Shown here: positions 11,738-24,400 of the stretch, piece after piece
Layout of the letters: each line of letters opens with the position of its first letter
Position numbering within the stretch: position 1 is the stretch's first letter
Assembly: GCA_002269645.1 (NCBI GenBank)
Contig: NIVC01001375.1
Span: forward strand, 238,626 to 302,625
DNA: 64,000 bases
Source of the DNA: Macrostomum lignano
Lineage: Eukaryota
Direction of reading: 5' to 3'
The notes under the pieces: generated by a model
What the model was told of the DNA's origin: nothing
Databases searched by the model: none
Seen by the model: the letters and a program-made list of their open reading frames with translations, nothing else
Program-made: the position numbers and the translations under genes

Positions 11738-14535
11738 GTAAAACCACAAAACTAAAATATGATGTTAGAAAATTGAAATGAGATTTAACACCCGACCTCC
11801 TTATAAAATCATTTGGATTCCACGTTATTGTATTCTAGTGGTGCAGAATCGTATTGTTGCCAAAATTCCCATGAAAGGCGGTTAGATTTTGACGATCTAA
11901 CGTGTAGCTTAAAATTTAAAACTGCACCTACAAAAAGCATGCTAATTTTTATAAAAAAAGAAAATTCCTCCTTTACGAATGTGTACGAGGACACAACTTA
12001 ACTTTCCGGGTTTTCTGTAAAAAATATATTTCGCGGAATACAGGTTTTAAAAAGTTAAATGTTAATTTGATTGTGACTCACTTCACTAGGCCTGGCCTAT
12101 ACGATGATGCTGATGTGATGATACTGATGCACCATGCTGTTGTGTGATGGGACGGCAGTGACGTGAGTCTGACAACAATAAAACAACAGTACACTAAGCT
12201 GCGTAGCCATGACTCCAACTATTTTTTACCTAATTCATGTACCTTTTATGTAATCTAGACTAGGCCTATACCTATATATAAAAATCAAAACTGTGTGTCC
12301 GTCTGTCTTTTATCATTTATTACTTAAAGGTTTAGTCCAAAAATGGTTAAGGGTTAGGCCTATAATTCAACTGTATCTGTCACTGTCACCTATCAATGTC
12401 ACGGGGTCAGGCTTGCAAGTGAAAATTTCTAATTGCTTTTTTTGTTTATTTCTGATAAATTTAAAACTACTTAATATGCTTAGGCCTAGATATAATCAGA
12501 AATAAATTAAGGATGCAGTCAAACAAATAAACAAAATAATTTACAAACTTGTTTTGAAAATTTGTCATGATGTCAAAAGTTTTGTAAATTTTTAGGTCTA
12601 CTACTTGTCCAAATTTCAAAAGTAGGGTGGCCTAAGATAGCCTAGATCCCTATCTTTTTATTGTGTTAGAAAATTGACAATGTATTAGACTTGTATTTTT
12701 TAATAGGTCTAGGCATGCCACACTTAGAGACATGACAGCCATAGGTCTATCTATAATTCAAAATCTAGGCAATCTCTTATTGCCAAAATTTAAAGCAATA
12801 GTATGTGATTAATATTATCATTTTTGACTAAAAACATAAATCATAATATAGTAATATACTAATATGCATTATGCTATATGCATTAGTAATTTAATATATC
12901 AATTATTTTAGCAATAGCATACTTGATGCAACTAGAGACATTGGCATACTGTCTATAGGTAATAGAGGTGTTCTAAAAGAGGTGTTCTGTCAAAATCAAA
13001 AACAAAATTTAGTATGAGCAATACTCACTTTTTTACTTTTGATTTACTGCTAATGCAAAACAAAATATAGGTATATATAGGATAAATTTGTAAATTTTTT
13101 GCGTCTAGATATGTAAAGTTCTCATTGCTATTTCAAATTCAAAAACTTTTTTGCTGCAAAAACTATAAAATCTAGTTACCCTTTGCTACTGGGTATGTGT
13201 GTACATATAATATAGTCTGGTATATAGTAGTTGCAACTTTATGAAAGTATAATTCTAATAATATTGCTAGGACTCAAGCAGAAGAGCTATGGAAAAATAT
13301 ATATACAAGTGTATTATACAGTTTATATAAAGTATAATGCAAGCAAAAGGACTATGTAAATAAGATTAGACATGTAACCCTCATTATATATACTCTTTTG
13401 TATGCATGGCACCTTCTCTTGCTCTCTTGCATCTTCTACATAAACATGCAGTATCACTTAATGTAAGCTAGTAAGTTAATGTACATGTATGTTATATCAC
13501 TGAATAGCAATAATTGCAATCATGTAAACTATATATGTTTATGTATGTGTATCTGTATTGCAATATGTGCAAAATAGGCAACATATCAGCAAATGCTTTT
13601 ACAGTTAAGTTCTGCAAAATTGACAAAAACTTATAGTTCCACAAACATGCTAAATATATGACAGTTTTAACAAATCCAAATACTTTTTATAAATTGTAAA
13701 AATATCACTGATTCAACACAGTAACAAAGTTCCAAGAATATTGAAATTAGATGGAAAATTTTAGAACTAGACTTGGAAAGTAGTAAGAAAAAGAAACTGA
13801 AAATCTGCGTAGGTTTAATGAAGCAACAAGTTTTACATTAGCAATGTGCATCTTTAGGTTTATTTGAATAGCAAATGGGTTGCAAGTAAATAAGTATGTA
13901 TAATTTTAATCATTAAGGTCACACCCCAATAGCAAAAGAAATGAGCAGCAGGTATGGAAATGTCTATGGCACAAAGCAGTGCAAGAGGTTGGAAAGCAAC
14001 CCCCAGAAAATGATAAGATTTGTTGGCTAATTTTATGCAAAGTGATTGGCAAAGAACATTAGAAATAAACAGGCAAGCAAACAAGATAAAATGAGTAAAA
14101 AGGTTAAAAAAATTGAGCTGCTAAGCCAGTGCTAGCAATGTGGTACAGGGGGCAGCACACAGGTAAATAAGTGAGTGAGCAACCCCCACCCCACTGCGCA
14201 CAAAGGTTTTATAAGTAATTTCTCATTAAAATTATGTTTAGTTTTGTATTTATTGGGATTCTAGCGATTTCAAGACTTTTACTAATTGTTACTGTTGAGC
14301 AAAAATTTGTAAACATGCAGTCTATGAAGTCTGACAGAGGCTCAGCAATATAATGGGTAGGGTGGTTTGTAAATCATGCATTATCATTTTAATCCACAAG
14401 CAAACATACTATAGAAAACATTGCAAACAACGCATTAAGTTGCTGACTCATTGTTAATCTTTATCCCACTGTTTGTCCAACAGCAACAGAAAACGCAAAA
14501 GAAAAACAAAAATTTCTCCACCGCCCGGCAAGCAA

Positions 14536-15298
14536 ATGGACGTAGACACCATGGATGATCCCATATCTGATGAGAATATTAATCCGCTTGCGCCCAGCTC
14601 GCGCAGACAGATGATGCACAGTCCTACAATCAATGGCGCCACTCAGCATCAAGTTAATAACAGTTGCGAGGCCGAGCTGCCAGCGTCTCTGCTTACCGAG
14701 GACGATCTTCAACCGCCGCCGCCGCCTCCAGTATCCATGATGTCGGAGTTGCGTCGGAACTCCGGTTCCAATGCAGCTGCTGGCGCTGGCCGGCCTCTGT
14801 CCACCGCTACGTTCCGCTTGCCGGCTGCGTCTAAACGCTTGTCCACCGCCGCTGACGCTCAACAGCTCGGCGACAGCGGCAACAAGGTTGACGATAGTGG
14901 CGGCGCCGTCCAGTCATCGTCTGGCCCGGCTGGCTCTTCCTCCGCTATTCGAGAACGAATTCGCGAACTGAAACGGCAGAAGATGGAGCAGATGAAACAG
15001 CAGCAAGAGCAGCAGCAGCAGCAGCAGCAGCCGTCCAATTCCGATGGGATTATCTGGCCTGAGCCTCCGCCGAGTTCGCTGCTGGTGAGAATTTTAGTAG
15101 CTTGAAATATAAGTTTCGTATTGAATCCTTATTGCAGTAAAACAGTTGTGTAAGTTGTTCAATCTTCATGAAAATTGGGCAGACAGACAGACAGAGAGAC
15201 GGACAGACAAACAGACAGACAGATAGACAGACAGACAGATAGACAGACAGACGGACAGACAAACAGACAAACAGATAGACAGACAGACGGACAGACAA

Positions 15299-15351
<53 letters not shown>

Positions 15352-15357
15352 CCATAT

Positions 15358-15437
<80 letters not shown>

Positions 15438-18400
15438 TGACAGACAGACAAGCCATATAGACGGACATAGACATACAACCATAGCAGACAGTCTGGATAT
15501 TAAAGGTGTGCTAAAATTCGTTTCATTTTTCCATACACGTCTGCTTAGAAAACTTTACTACAGCTATAAAATATTTATAGCTAAATATATAGTATATACA
15601 TACCCGTAGATATGGAGATTAGGGAATAAATGAAGGCATAAATTCATTCATCCATGAAAATGGATTGAAACCTATTAAATCTAGCCAAGTATTTTTCATC
15701 TACGGAAAAAGCTACTAAGAATTTCATATCGCAATCGATATGAAGGCTCAATCTCTTACTTATAAGTGATCTGATAAATAAAGCAATTTCTTAGCTTGGC
15801 TTGGCGAAACAGTAGTAAAAGTGCAAAGTTATTTATATTGCAGACGTCAGTGTTTGCATGACGGCAGTTTTCTGTAAGTGTTTATTTTTGTATTAAACAA
15901 TAAAATTAGATGTGCTTTTTCAAAGATTCTAACCTTGCTGTGCTACTTTGTGAGAGTGTTTGAAATTTTATAATTTCTGCTTAGAAGTTTAACTGTTTGT
16001 CTAATCCTGTTATAACGGATAATACTAAGAGTTTAGGGCTTCCAATTAATTTAGTTGCCTAGATGCGGCTTTTTGATGCTTAGTTTCTAAAGGTTTAGTT
16101 CTATGTTGATGAAGTGTAAAGTTCTAGTACATGCACTCAGTGCATTTTTTAAAGTACTGGCGCTTTTATATATAAAAATGACATGTACACTAGTGCTTTA
16201 CACCAGTACTCTAAAAGTACACGAATGCCTAATAAATAGTATATGAGTATTGTAAAAGTACACCAGTACTCTAAAAGTACAGAAATGCCTAATAAAAGGT
16301 ACATGAGTACTTTAAAAGTACATAGTGTTAAATTGACTACGTCTTCGAAAAACGAAAAAATAATAAAGTAGGCAAAAATCGGATGTTTGTATCCTTCAAT
16401 ACCTCTGCGTTCTCGCGCAGGCAATCAAAAAAAACAAACAAGTTAGCGAAAAACACGCTTACCAAAAATCACGCCCTTTTTAATTATTATTTAACGTGGG
16501 GTGGGGTTAGCAAATCGAGGGGGGTTGGCTCATGTACATTAAATAAAGAAAAAAATACACGTACAATTAACTAAGTAAACCCCCAAAAATATGACAAAAA
16601 ATGAACCTCCAGAACATTCCCCCCTTCCTGATTGGTTCCAATCAGCAAAAAAGCAGAAAAATATCGTCTTCCCGAGACTTACGTACAATTAATTGAAAAA
16701 GGTGCAATTGTGCAATTGAAACGGTTGCCAGCATAATTTGAAAAAAAAGCAGTAAAGTTCTGTAACCAAAAAAATGAATAGCGCGAAAGCAGAGAGTAAC
16801 AATACGAATGCATGCAATGTGAAGTGTCAATTGGGCTCAAAAATAGTTAAATGTAACCCTTGACTTCCGTCGCTAGCCAACCAATACCGCTCTACTAAGA
16901 AACAAACACAACCGAACTCAGACTGCTTAGTGAAACAACACAGGATGAAAAATGTCTCGAAAACCTCAAAAATAGTAACTGTAAACATATGAAAAAAAAA
17001 TCAAAGCACAAACTCTGCCAAAATAACTCGTATTCAAGCAAGCAACAAGTCTTTTTACTCAAATTAAAAAAAAACAGAAAATACGCAAAAATAAGCAGTC
17101 CATCAACCACTTCAGCTGTTAGAAGCAAAAAACGGCAAATAATGACACGAAAAAGATAAATAATTCCAAACACCATAAACTAGCCGTCAAAAAACTACAT
17201 ATTTGAAAAGTCTTGTTTAGCATCGAAAAGTCCATTTTAACAAAATGTCAACAGTCACTGTTCACCTCGCTGCAGCACACACAACTTCGTCACGGGTCGA
17301 AGCACTGTCCCACCGCCAGTCCGCACCTTGGCCACGCGCACATGGCCGTCTCGTCCAGGGAATACCTCGAGAACTCGCCCGAGCGGCCAGTGTCCTCGAG
17401 GCGCATCCGCTCGTAGTGCCAAGACGATGTCGCCGACGGCGAGATCCGGCTGCTCCTTGACCCACTTGGATCTGGCGTTGAGTCTTGGCACCCACTCACG
17501 CAGCCATCGGTGCCAGAAGTGCCGCACCAGCTCTTGGACACGTCGCCACCGCCGGCGCGGGTCGCGGCTGACCTCGGTCGAGACTTCCGTAGCAAAGTCA
17601 CCACCCAGCTGTCCATGCAAGAAATTGTTTGGCGTCAACGGCGTGTCGTCCTTTGGGCTTGCGGTTTGGTATGTCAACGGCCTGGAATTGATGAGCGCTT
17701 CCGCACCGGTGAAGGCGGAATGCAGCTCTTCGTCGGTGATGTCAGCGTTGCTAAGGATGGCGCGCACAGCTCGCTTAGCGGCGCGAACCATAACTTCGTG
17801 GGCGCCGCCGAAATGGGGCGCCGACGGAGGCTGGAAGCGCCACTTGATGCCGCGCTCAGCTGCCGCTCTCTGGACTTTGTTCTGCTGCTCGTTTTCGAAT
17901 TCTCGTAGTTCTCGCTCGCCTTTGACAAAGTTGCCGCCGTTATCGGAGTAAACTTCGAGTGGCCGGCCTCTACGGTTGATCATGCGCGCGAAAGCATTCA
18001 GAAATGAGTCAGAATCCAAGCTGTACGTCATTTCCAGGTGCACGGCTCTCGTCTCCAAACAGGTGAACAGGGCCAAATCGTCTTCCGCGCCCTTGTACCG
18101 TTTCAAACGGACCACCGAAGTCGACTGCCACAAAGCTAAACGCTCGGAGAGAGTTCTTCAGCCTGGCCTCTGGCAGCGGCGCCATCTGCTGCACCTCCGG
18201 TCCTGCTTTTTGCCTTCTGCATCGCGCGCACTCCTTCTCCCATTCTCGAATGGCTTCGCGCCCACCGACTACCCAAAACTTCGTCGACATCGCTGCCAGC
18301 GTCTGGTTTGTTCCGCCATGTCCTTGATCTTCGTGATAGTGCTTCACCAACAACTTCGTGACCCAACTTCGCCTCGGCAGAATGACCGGATGCTTGGACT

Positions 18401-21400
18401 GATATGACAGATTCTGGTCGAACTTCAGTCTTCCGTCCACTCGCAGCAGTCCGTCTTCATCAAGAAATGGTTGGAGACAGCGAAGCTGACTGCTGGAGAA
18501 GACTGGCCTTCCCTTACGCACCTGCTGAACTTCTGCTTTGAAAGCTTCTTCTTGAGCCACACGTAGGATTCGATCCTCAGCTTCTTGCATCTCCTCGACC
18601 TCGAGATCACCAAGTCGCCTCTCATCTCGCGGAAGTCGGCAATTAATTGTGAAGCGCTGAACCCATGCTGTCATGCTACGCAGCCTGCGGTAGCTCGAAA
18701 ATCGCTCTGGATTCAAACGCCAATCGTTATCTGTGGTTTCGTTCGACAACAGAGTTACGGCCGCCGATTTACTACTCTTGCTCGCCTCTCGCCGAACTTC
18801 TTGATCTCCGTCAACCGATGTCGGAACTAGCCTTGCCGGCCAGCTATCCTCATCTAGCAGCAGAAACTCTGGTCCCGCGCTCCAGACCGCTGATTGGCAA
18901 AGGTCTTTGGCGCAACAGCCTCGCGATACGGCATCAGCGGGGTTCAGATCGGTCGGCACGTGACGCCACTGACAAGTCTTCACCGCCTCTTAAATTAACG
19001 CAACACGATTTGCTACGAACGGCTTGAAAATTTTACTGCGACCCTCGAAGCCACCAGAGCACATTTGCACTGTCACTCCAGAACACCGACTCTCTCAGGT
19101 CTAAACCGAGCGCATCTGCCACCGTCTGGGCCAGTCGCACGCCAAGCACCGCCGCCATGAGCTCGAGTCTGGGGATGCTGCATGCTGCCAGTGGAGCTAC
19201 ACGTGCTTTTGCGGCTACAAGACGAACACAGATTTCGTCCAGGCTTGTGGTGCTCCTGAGATAGATTACCGTGCCGTAAGCCACCTGAGATGCATCCACA
19301 AAGACGTGTAGCACTGCCTTTTTGGTCGGATCGAGCCATAGACATCGTGGAATTTTCAGCATGCTCAACTCTTCAATCTCCGCTGCCCATTGCGTAGCCT
19401 TCGCGGCAACTTGCTGGTCCAAGGGCTCATCCCAATCCGCTCCATTCTGCCAAATCTCCTGCAGAAGAATTCGACCGCGAATTGTAAATGGACTCAGAAA
19501 CCCGCATGGGTCGAACACCATCGCAACGCGCTTGAGCAGCTGTCGTTTCGACTTAACGGACACTTCCTTCGCACCTGCATTTCTCGTGACCGCGAGCATA
19601 TCATCATTGGCTGTCCAAGTCACTCCCAACGCCTTCGACGTCGCCATTTCTCCACGAAGCACGTGCTGCGCTTTCACCGCTCGATCCTCCAGAGCTACTG
19701 TCTCCAACACCTGATACGCTTTTGGCAATCCTTCACTCCTCTGCAGTCGCTTCTCCGTGCTGATCAGTCTGCGTTCCGCAGCTTCACGATTGCTCGGCAG
19801 AGCACGATTTTGAGACTTCCATGGAATGGCTACCTGATATCTTCCTTCCACCATCGACATAGACTCCTTGACTACCGTCACAGCACGCTGCTCATCCGCA
19901 GTTATCGTCCCTCTTTCGCGGTTCAGCTCAGCTACATCAGGAACTTCCTCGATCGCCCACAACCTTCGAACCTGACTGTCGACCTGATCTTGACACTCGT
20001 GGCAGAGGAACGATTCCCCGCTCTTGCTGCTTCCCTCATCCGAATCTAACTGCCCGATGCAGGTCCATCCAATAGGAGTCAGTCGAGCTATTGGTTCCCC
20101 TGGCATTCCACAGACTTCTTTGCAAGCCAGATGCATGTCAACCGTCTTCCGGCTTGATGTTGACTCAAACGGAATGCCTCTCAGATGCGCCTAGTGCTCC
20201 GCCAGTTGACTCCAATCAACTGCCTTCATTCCGCCGGTTACTTTCTCCGCTTTGAAAGCAACAATTTTTGTCTCAAACGCTGCATCGACACTCCGGACTG
20301 TCACTTCTACAGGCGCTGTTTCAAACGACTCGACTCCTCCGTTGAGCACCTTAACGTTTATGCGCTGAAGTTTACCTTCCAGTCCCAGCTCTGCTGCTAC
20401 GTCCGCATTGAGGTACGTGCGCGTACTCGCATCATCAAGCAACGCGTTGATCCGAACTTGGCGCTCACCAGCCACCAATATCACCGGCACCGTCCTTCAC
20501 GCAGTTTCTTTTACGACTTCAGCCAGCATAGTGCGCTCCTTCTTCGTCGCCGCTGCTACGTCCTCCGTGGATTTTCGTGCCTCTCCTTCGCCGCTTCTCG
20601 TCACTGCAGCTGCTGATTTCGGCTCCCGCTTCTGGTGAAGCATTCGATGGTGTTTTCCCTGGCAACCATCTACGCCACAGGTTCTAGACCACCGACAAGC
20701 TAAACCAGAGTGATTGACGCCGAGACAATGAAAGCACAGCTTCTTCTCACGAGCAACGGCCCATCGCTTCACTACATCCATCTCCGCAAACTTCGGGCAC
20801 TCCCAGGCGCCATGGCTTCCTTCACAGACACGGCAGTTTTTCTTGCGCTGCTCATCGGCTCTCGTTGACTCCGCGACAGCGCCAAAATGCGTTCGAGCTG
20901 TTTCCGTGCGCTGCATCCCGCTGAATTTCTTACTTTGCTCCATCTTCCCTGCTCCTGGCCCATTCTGTGCCGCAACTCCATGCACTGCCTCCATAGCAAC
21001 CGTCTGATACTCAGCCTCCCGCAGCAGCCATTGATGAAGAGCGCTGAGCGTGTCATTCCTGCCATTCTCCCCGACCCATCGGTGGTACCGTGCTAGGGTG
21101 TCCATCGGCAATTTCTTTTGCACGCGAAGATGAAGCAATCCATTGCTGTCTAGTTCAGCTTCACGACCCGCCTCCATCAGATTTATAACCGCTACATCCA
21201 CCAGATCAGCCAGCTTCTTCAACTGAGGCGCGCTCTCCGTCACAATGGGCCGAAAACGGTCCAGATCCTCCAACACTAGCACCAGCCTGCGCCGCTCTCC
21301 TCCATATTCTCTCTCCAGCCTATCAAGAGCCGCCTTGTACGCAAATTCAGAATGCCCTAGGTTGGCTATTAGCTTCAGCGCATCGCCCTGCAGACACTGC

Positions 21401-24400
21401 CTCAGTTGCAATAGCTTGTACACTCGAGAGGAGGGTGCAGCATCTACACACGCGTAAAAGGCCGCCTTCCACCCCTCGTATTGACGCTTATCACCTGAGA
21501 AACTGGGAATCGCCACCCGCTGCAATTGCCGCCACATGTCCTGACTGACCTGCCTCTCCGCTTCTTCTCTCACCCTCTGTGTACACTCCTGCTGAACGAT
21601 TGGCTCTCTGAGTTGCCACTGTACACTGGCTGACTGTGAGGTGGCTGGCCTGGGTGCAGGGTTTTGCTTTATCGATCGCTCGCCTGACCCCCCTTCGTGG
21701 GCAGTCCAATCAGCTTTTTCACTCCTGTCTGCCGCAGCGCTTACACCCACCTCAGCCCCAATCGGCTGTTCAGCCAAACCTGAACCTGGGCTAGCCCTTT
21801 CACACGGGCTCTCTGCCTTAGTGCTGCCAGTAACAATTTTCAATCGCCTCAGCTCCTCTGCCAACTGCTCGTGCCGTTGTTGATAGTCTCTCTCTAGCTC
21901 TCTCTGCACCTCTTCCAACTCCAGCGCTCTGTGCTCTGCGGCTTGCAGTTTTCGCTGCTCTTCCTCACGCCTCTGCTGTTCTTCAGACTCCGCCAAGCGA
22001 TCCTGTTCCTCCCTCTCAGCTGCTTCACTTCTGCTACGATCTTTCCAGAACTCGGTCATCAGACCCACAGTCTCACCGTAGTCCTTTTCAGCATTCTCTA
22101 GCTCCTTGATCGTTTGGCGTCGCAGTGGCAGGTCATCTCCGGTGAGCTCCAGCAGCTTCTCCAGCTCAGTGGTCACAGCCTCGAACAGCTTCTCCATGAG
22201 AGTCGCTTGCTGTTGTACTTCGACGCCGTCTTGACCACCAGCAGCGAGTTGTTGCACCAGCCGGTTTCTTCCTTTGGTGAATGCGGCCTTGGCCCTCGTC
22301 TTGGCGGCCTTCGCGTCCATCAGCTTGCGTTCTTCCTCGTCAGCCGGCGGGTAGTTCGACTCGAATTCTTCTCCGTCCTTTTGCATTTTTCAACCACGCT
22401 CTGCTACCAGTTGTTAAATCGACTAAGTCTTCGAAAAACGAAAAAATAATAAAGTAGGCAAAAATCGGATGTTTGTATCCTTCAATACCTCTGCGTTATC
22501 GCGCAGGCAATCAAAAAAACAAACAAGTTAGCGAAAAACACGCTTACCAAAAATCACGCCCTTTTTAATTATTATTTAACGTAGGGTGGGGTTAGCAAAT
22601 CGAGGGGGGTTGGCTCATGTACATTAAATAAAGAAAAAAATACACGTACAATTAACTAAGTAAACCCCCAAAAATATGACAAAAAATGAACCTCCAGAAC
22701 ACAGTACTCTAAAATCACACCAGTACTCTAAAAGTACACGAATGTCTAAAAAAGTACAGGAGTACCCTCAAAATACATGAATACTTCTAAAAAACACGTG
22801 TAGTTTAAGAGTACACCGAATAATTTAGAAGTAATTTCTAAAAGTACAAGTATAACTGTACTTTCAAAACTAAAAATGCTATCCGGTTAAAGTTCAACCA
22901 CGCGCTGGACGCCTTATTTATAAATCTGAAATCTATTACCAATGGGCTAATTATATATTATTATTATAAGGATCTATCTTAATAACTTTATCCAGGTTGC
23001 CCACGTGTCCAGCACCCAGGCTGAGCAAGACCAATGCAGTCCAGATCCTGTGACTAATACTGAAGACTGCGGCCAACAGCACTATGTCGAGGTGCGTTAA
23101 AGTGCATATATAAGTTACAAATTTATTATAAAGAATGTCAGATGTATACACCGGTATTTGCATTGCTTTACTACTTTATAGATAACTTCTATTTGATTAG
23201 TACATTAATACCTCTAATTTTGCGTGCATATGTTGCACTTTTGATAAGACTAAAATGGGTGCGCTTATTATTATTTCACATTTATCTTCTTCCTATATTG
23301 TGTTGAACTATTTACGCCTAAATCAATGTATAATATCTGTTTGTATTTGGTTATGATCCTAATGATTTCAGCTTTTTTCGTAAGCCTAATGTGTCGGATC
23401 GTGTTTGAGTTTTTGATAATGAATCATTTAAAAGTAAAAAAACTGATCATTGGAAACAGAGTAGAGACAGTAGCTTAAGGTAGCTTGTTAATCAGGGAGT
23501 ACCCTCTTAGATTTAAAAATAATTCATCATAGAAATATTAAACTCGGGTTTAAAATTATATTTACGCGAATTCGTTAATAAGGAAATACCCTCTGTCTTA
23601 AAAATAGATTTGGGAAAATCCGTCAAGCAGGAAATACCCTCTGTTCTAAAAACATGTTTAGGGAAATCCGTCAACCAAGTAACACACTTGTGTTCTACAA
23701 ATAGATTTGGAAAAACCCGTTAACCAAGGAATACCCTCCGTTCTAAAAATAGATTTGGAAAAACCCGTTTACCAGAAAACACCCTCCGTCCTAAAAATAG
23801 ATTTGGAAAAACCCGTTAACCAAGGAATACCCTCCGTTCTAAAAATAGATTTGGAAACTCGTTAACCAGAGAATACCCTCTAAAAATTGTTCTAAAATGT
23901 TCTAAAAATAGATTAACCAATATTTAAGGATTCCTGCTGGTTTTAGAAAGATTTTCCCTATTTTTTAATCTTAATAAATTAATACGCTCGTAAGTTTACT
24001 TTGATCAGCTGAATGTGATTTATGACTAAATAAAACTGCTAGGCCGCTCCGTTTCACTCCCTGTAATTTATGTTTCGGTCTGTTGCGCTTGCGCAATACA
24101 GGAGTCGCATTGTGCCGCAGCCAAAGAGGACAATCCAATTGACGATGACGAATTTCATTCGTTAGAATCGCCAAGTGGAAGCAGCAACGAGAAAATCATT
24201 GATAGTGTCGATGATATTGTAGTTGATAATGACGATATCAATACCGATAATGAGGTTCAACAATATCTGCGTGCCGACAAAGAATCACCAGGCTATGCTG
24301 AAAATGATGAAGGAAAAATAGCCGATGGCAGTTCACTTGCTAATATTGGCATCGATGGGGATGTAGGTTTATTATGAATTTTATCTCTTGTATAAAATTT

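Larger units (their letters stand above)
16326..22701 (-). mobile_element. BEL/Pao LTR retrotransposon, ~6.4 kb, defective, antisense in TACC intron 1
   Basis: Paired TG..CA LTRs, PBS and PPT. Gag has CCHC knuckles. Domain order is protease-RT remnant-RNaseH-integrase, with BEL-typical motifs [38 protein letters not shown] and [12 protein letters not shown]. Confidence 0.97.

Noticed and set aside
12270-14170. Possible Helitron (CTATATATAAAA..GTGTGTCCGTCTGTC start)
   Set aside because: No convincing 3' hairpin plus CTAG end and no coding remnant.
16630-17250. Possible env-like hydrophobic ORFs between pol and the PPT
   Set aside because: Short, and the hydrophobicity follows from T-rich composition; no signal peptide, furin site or Cys pattern.
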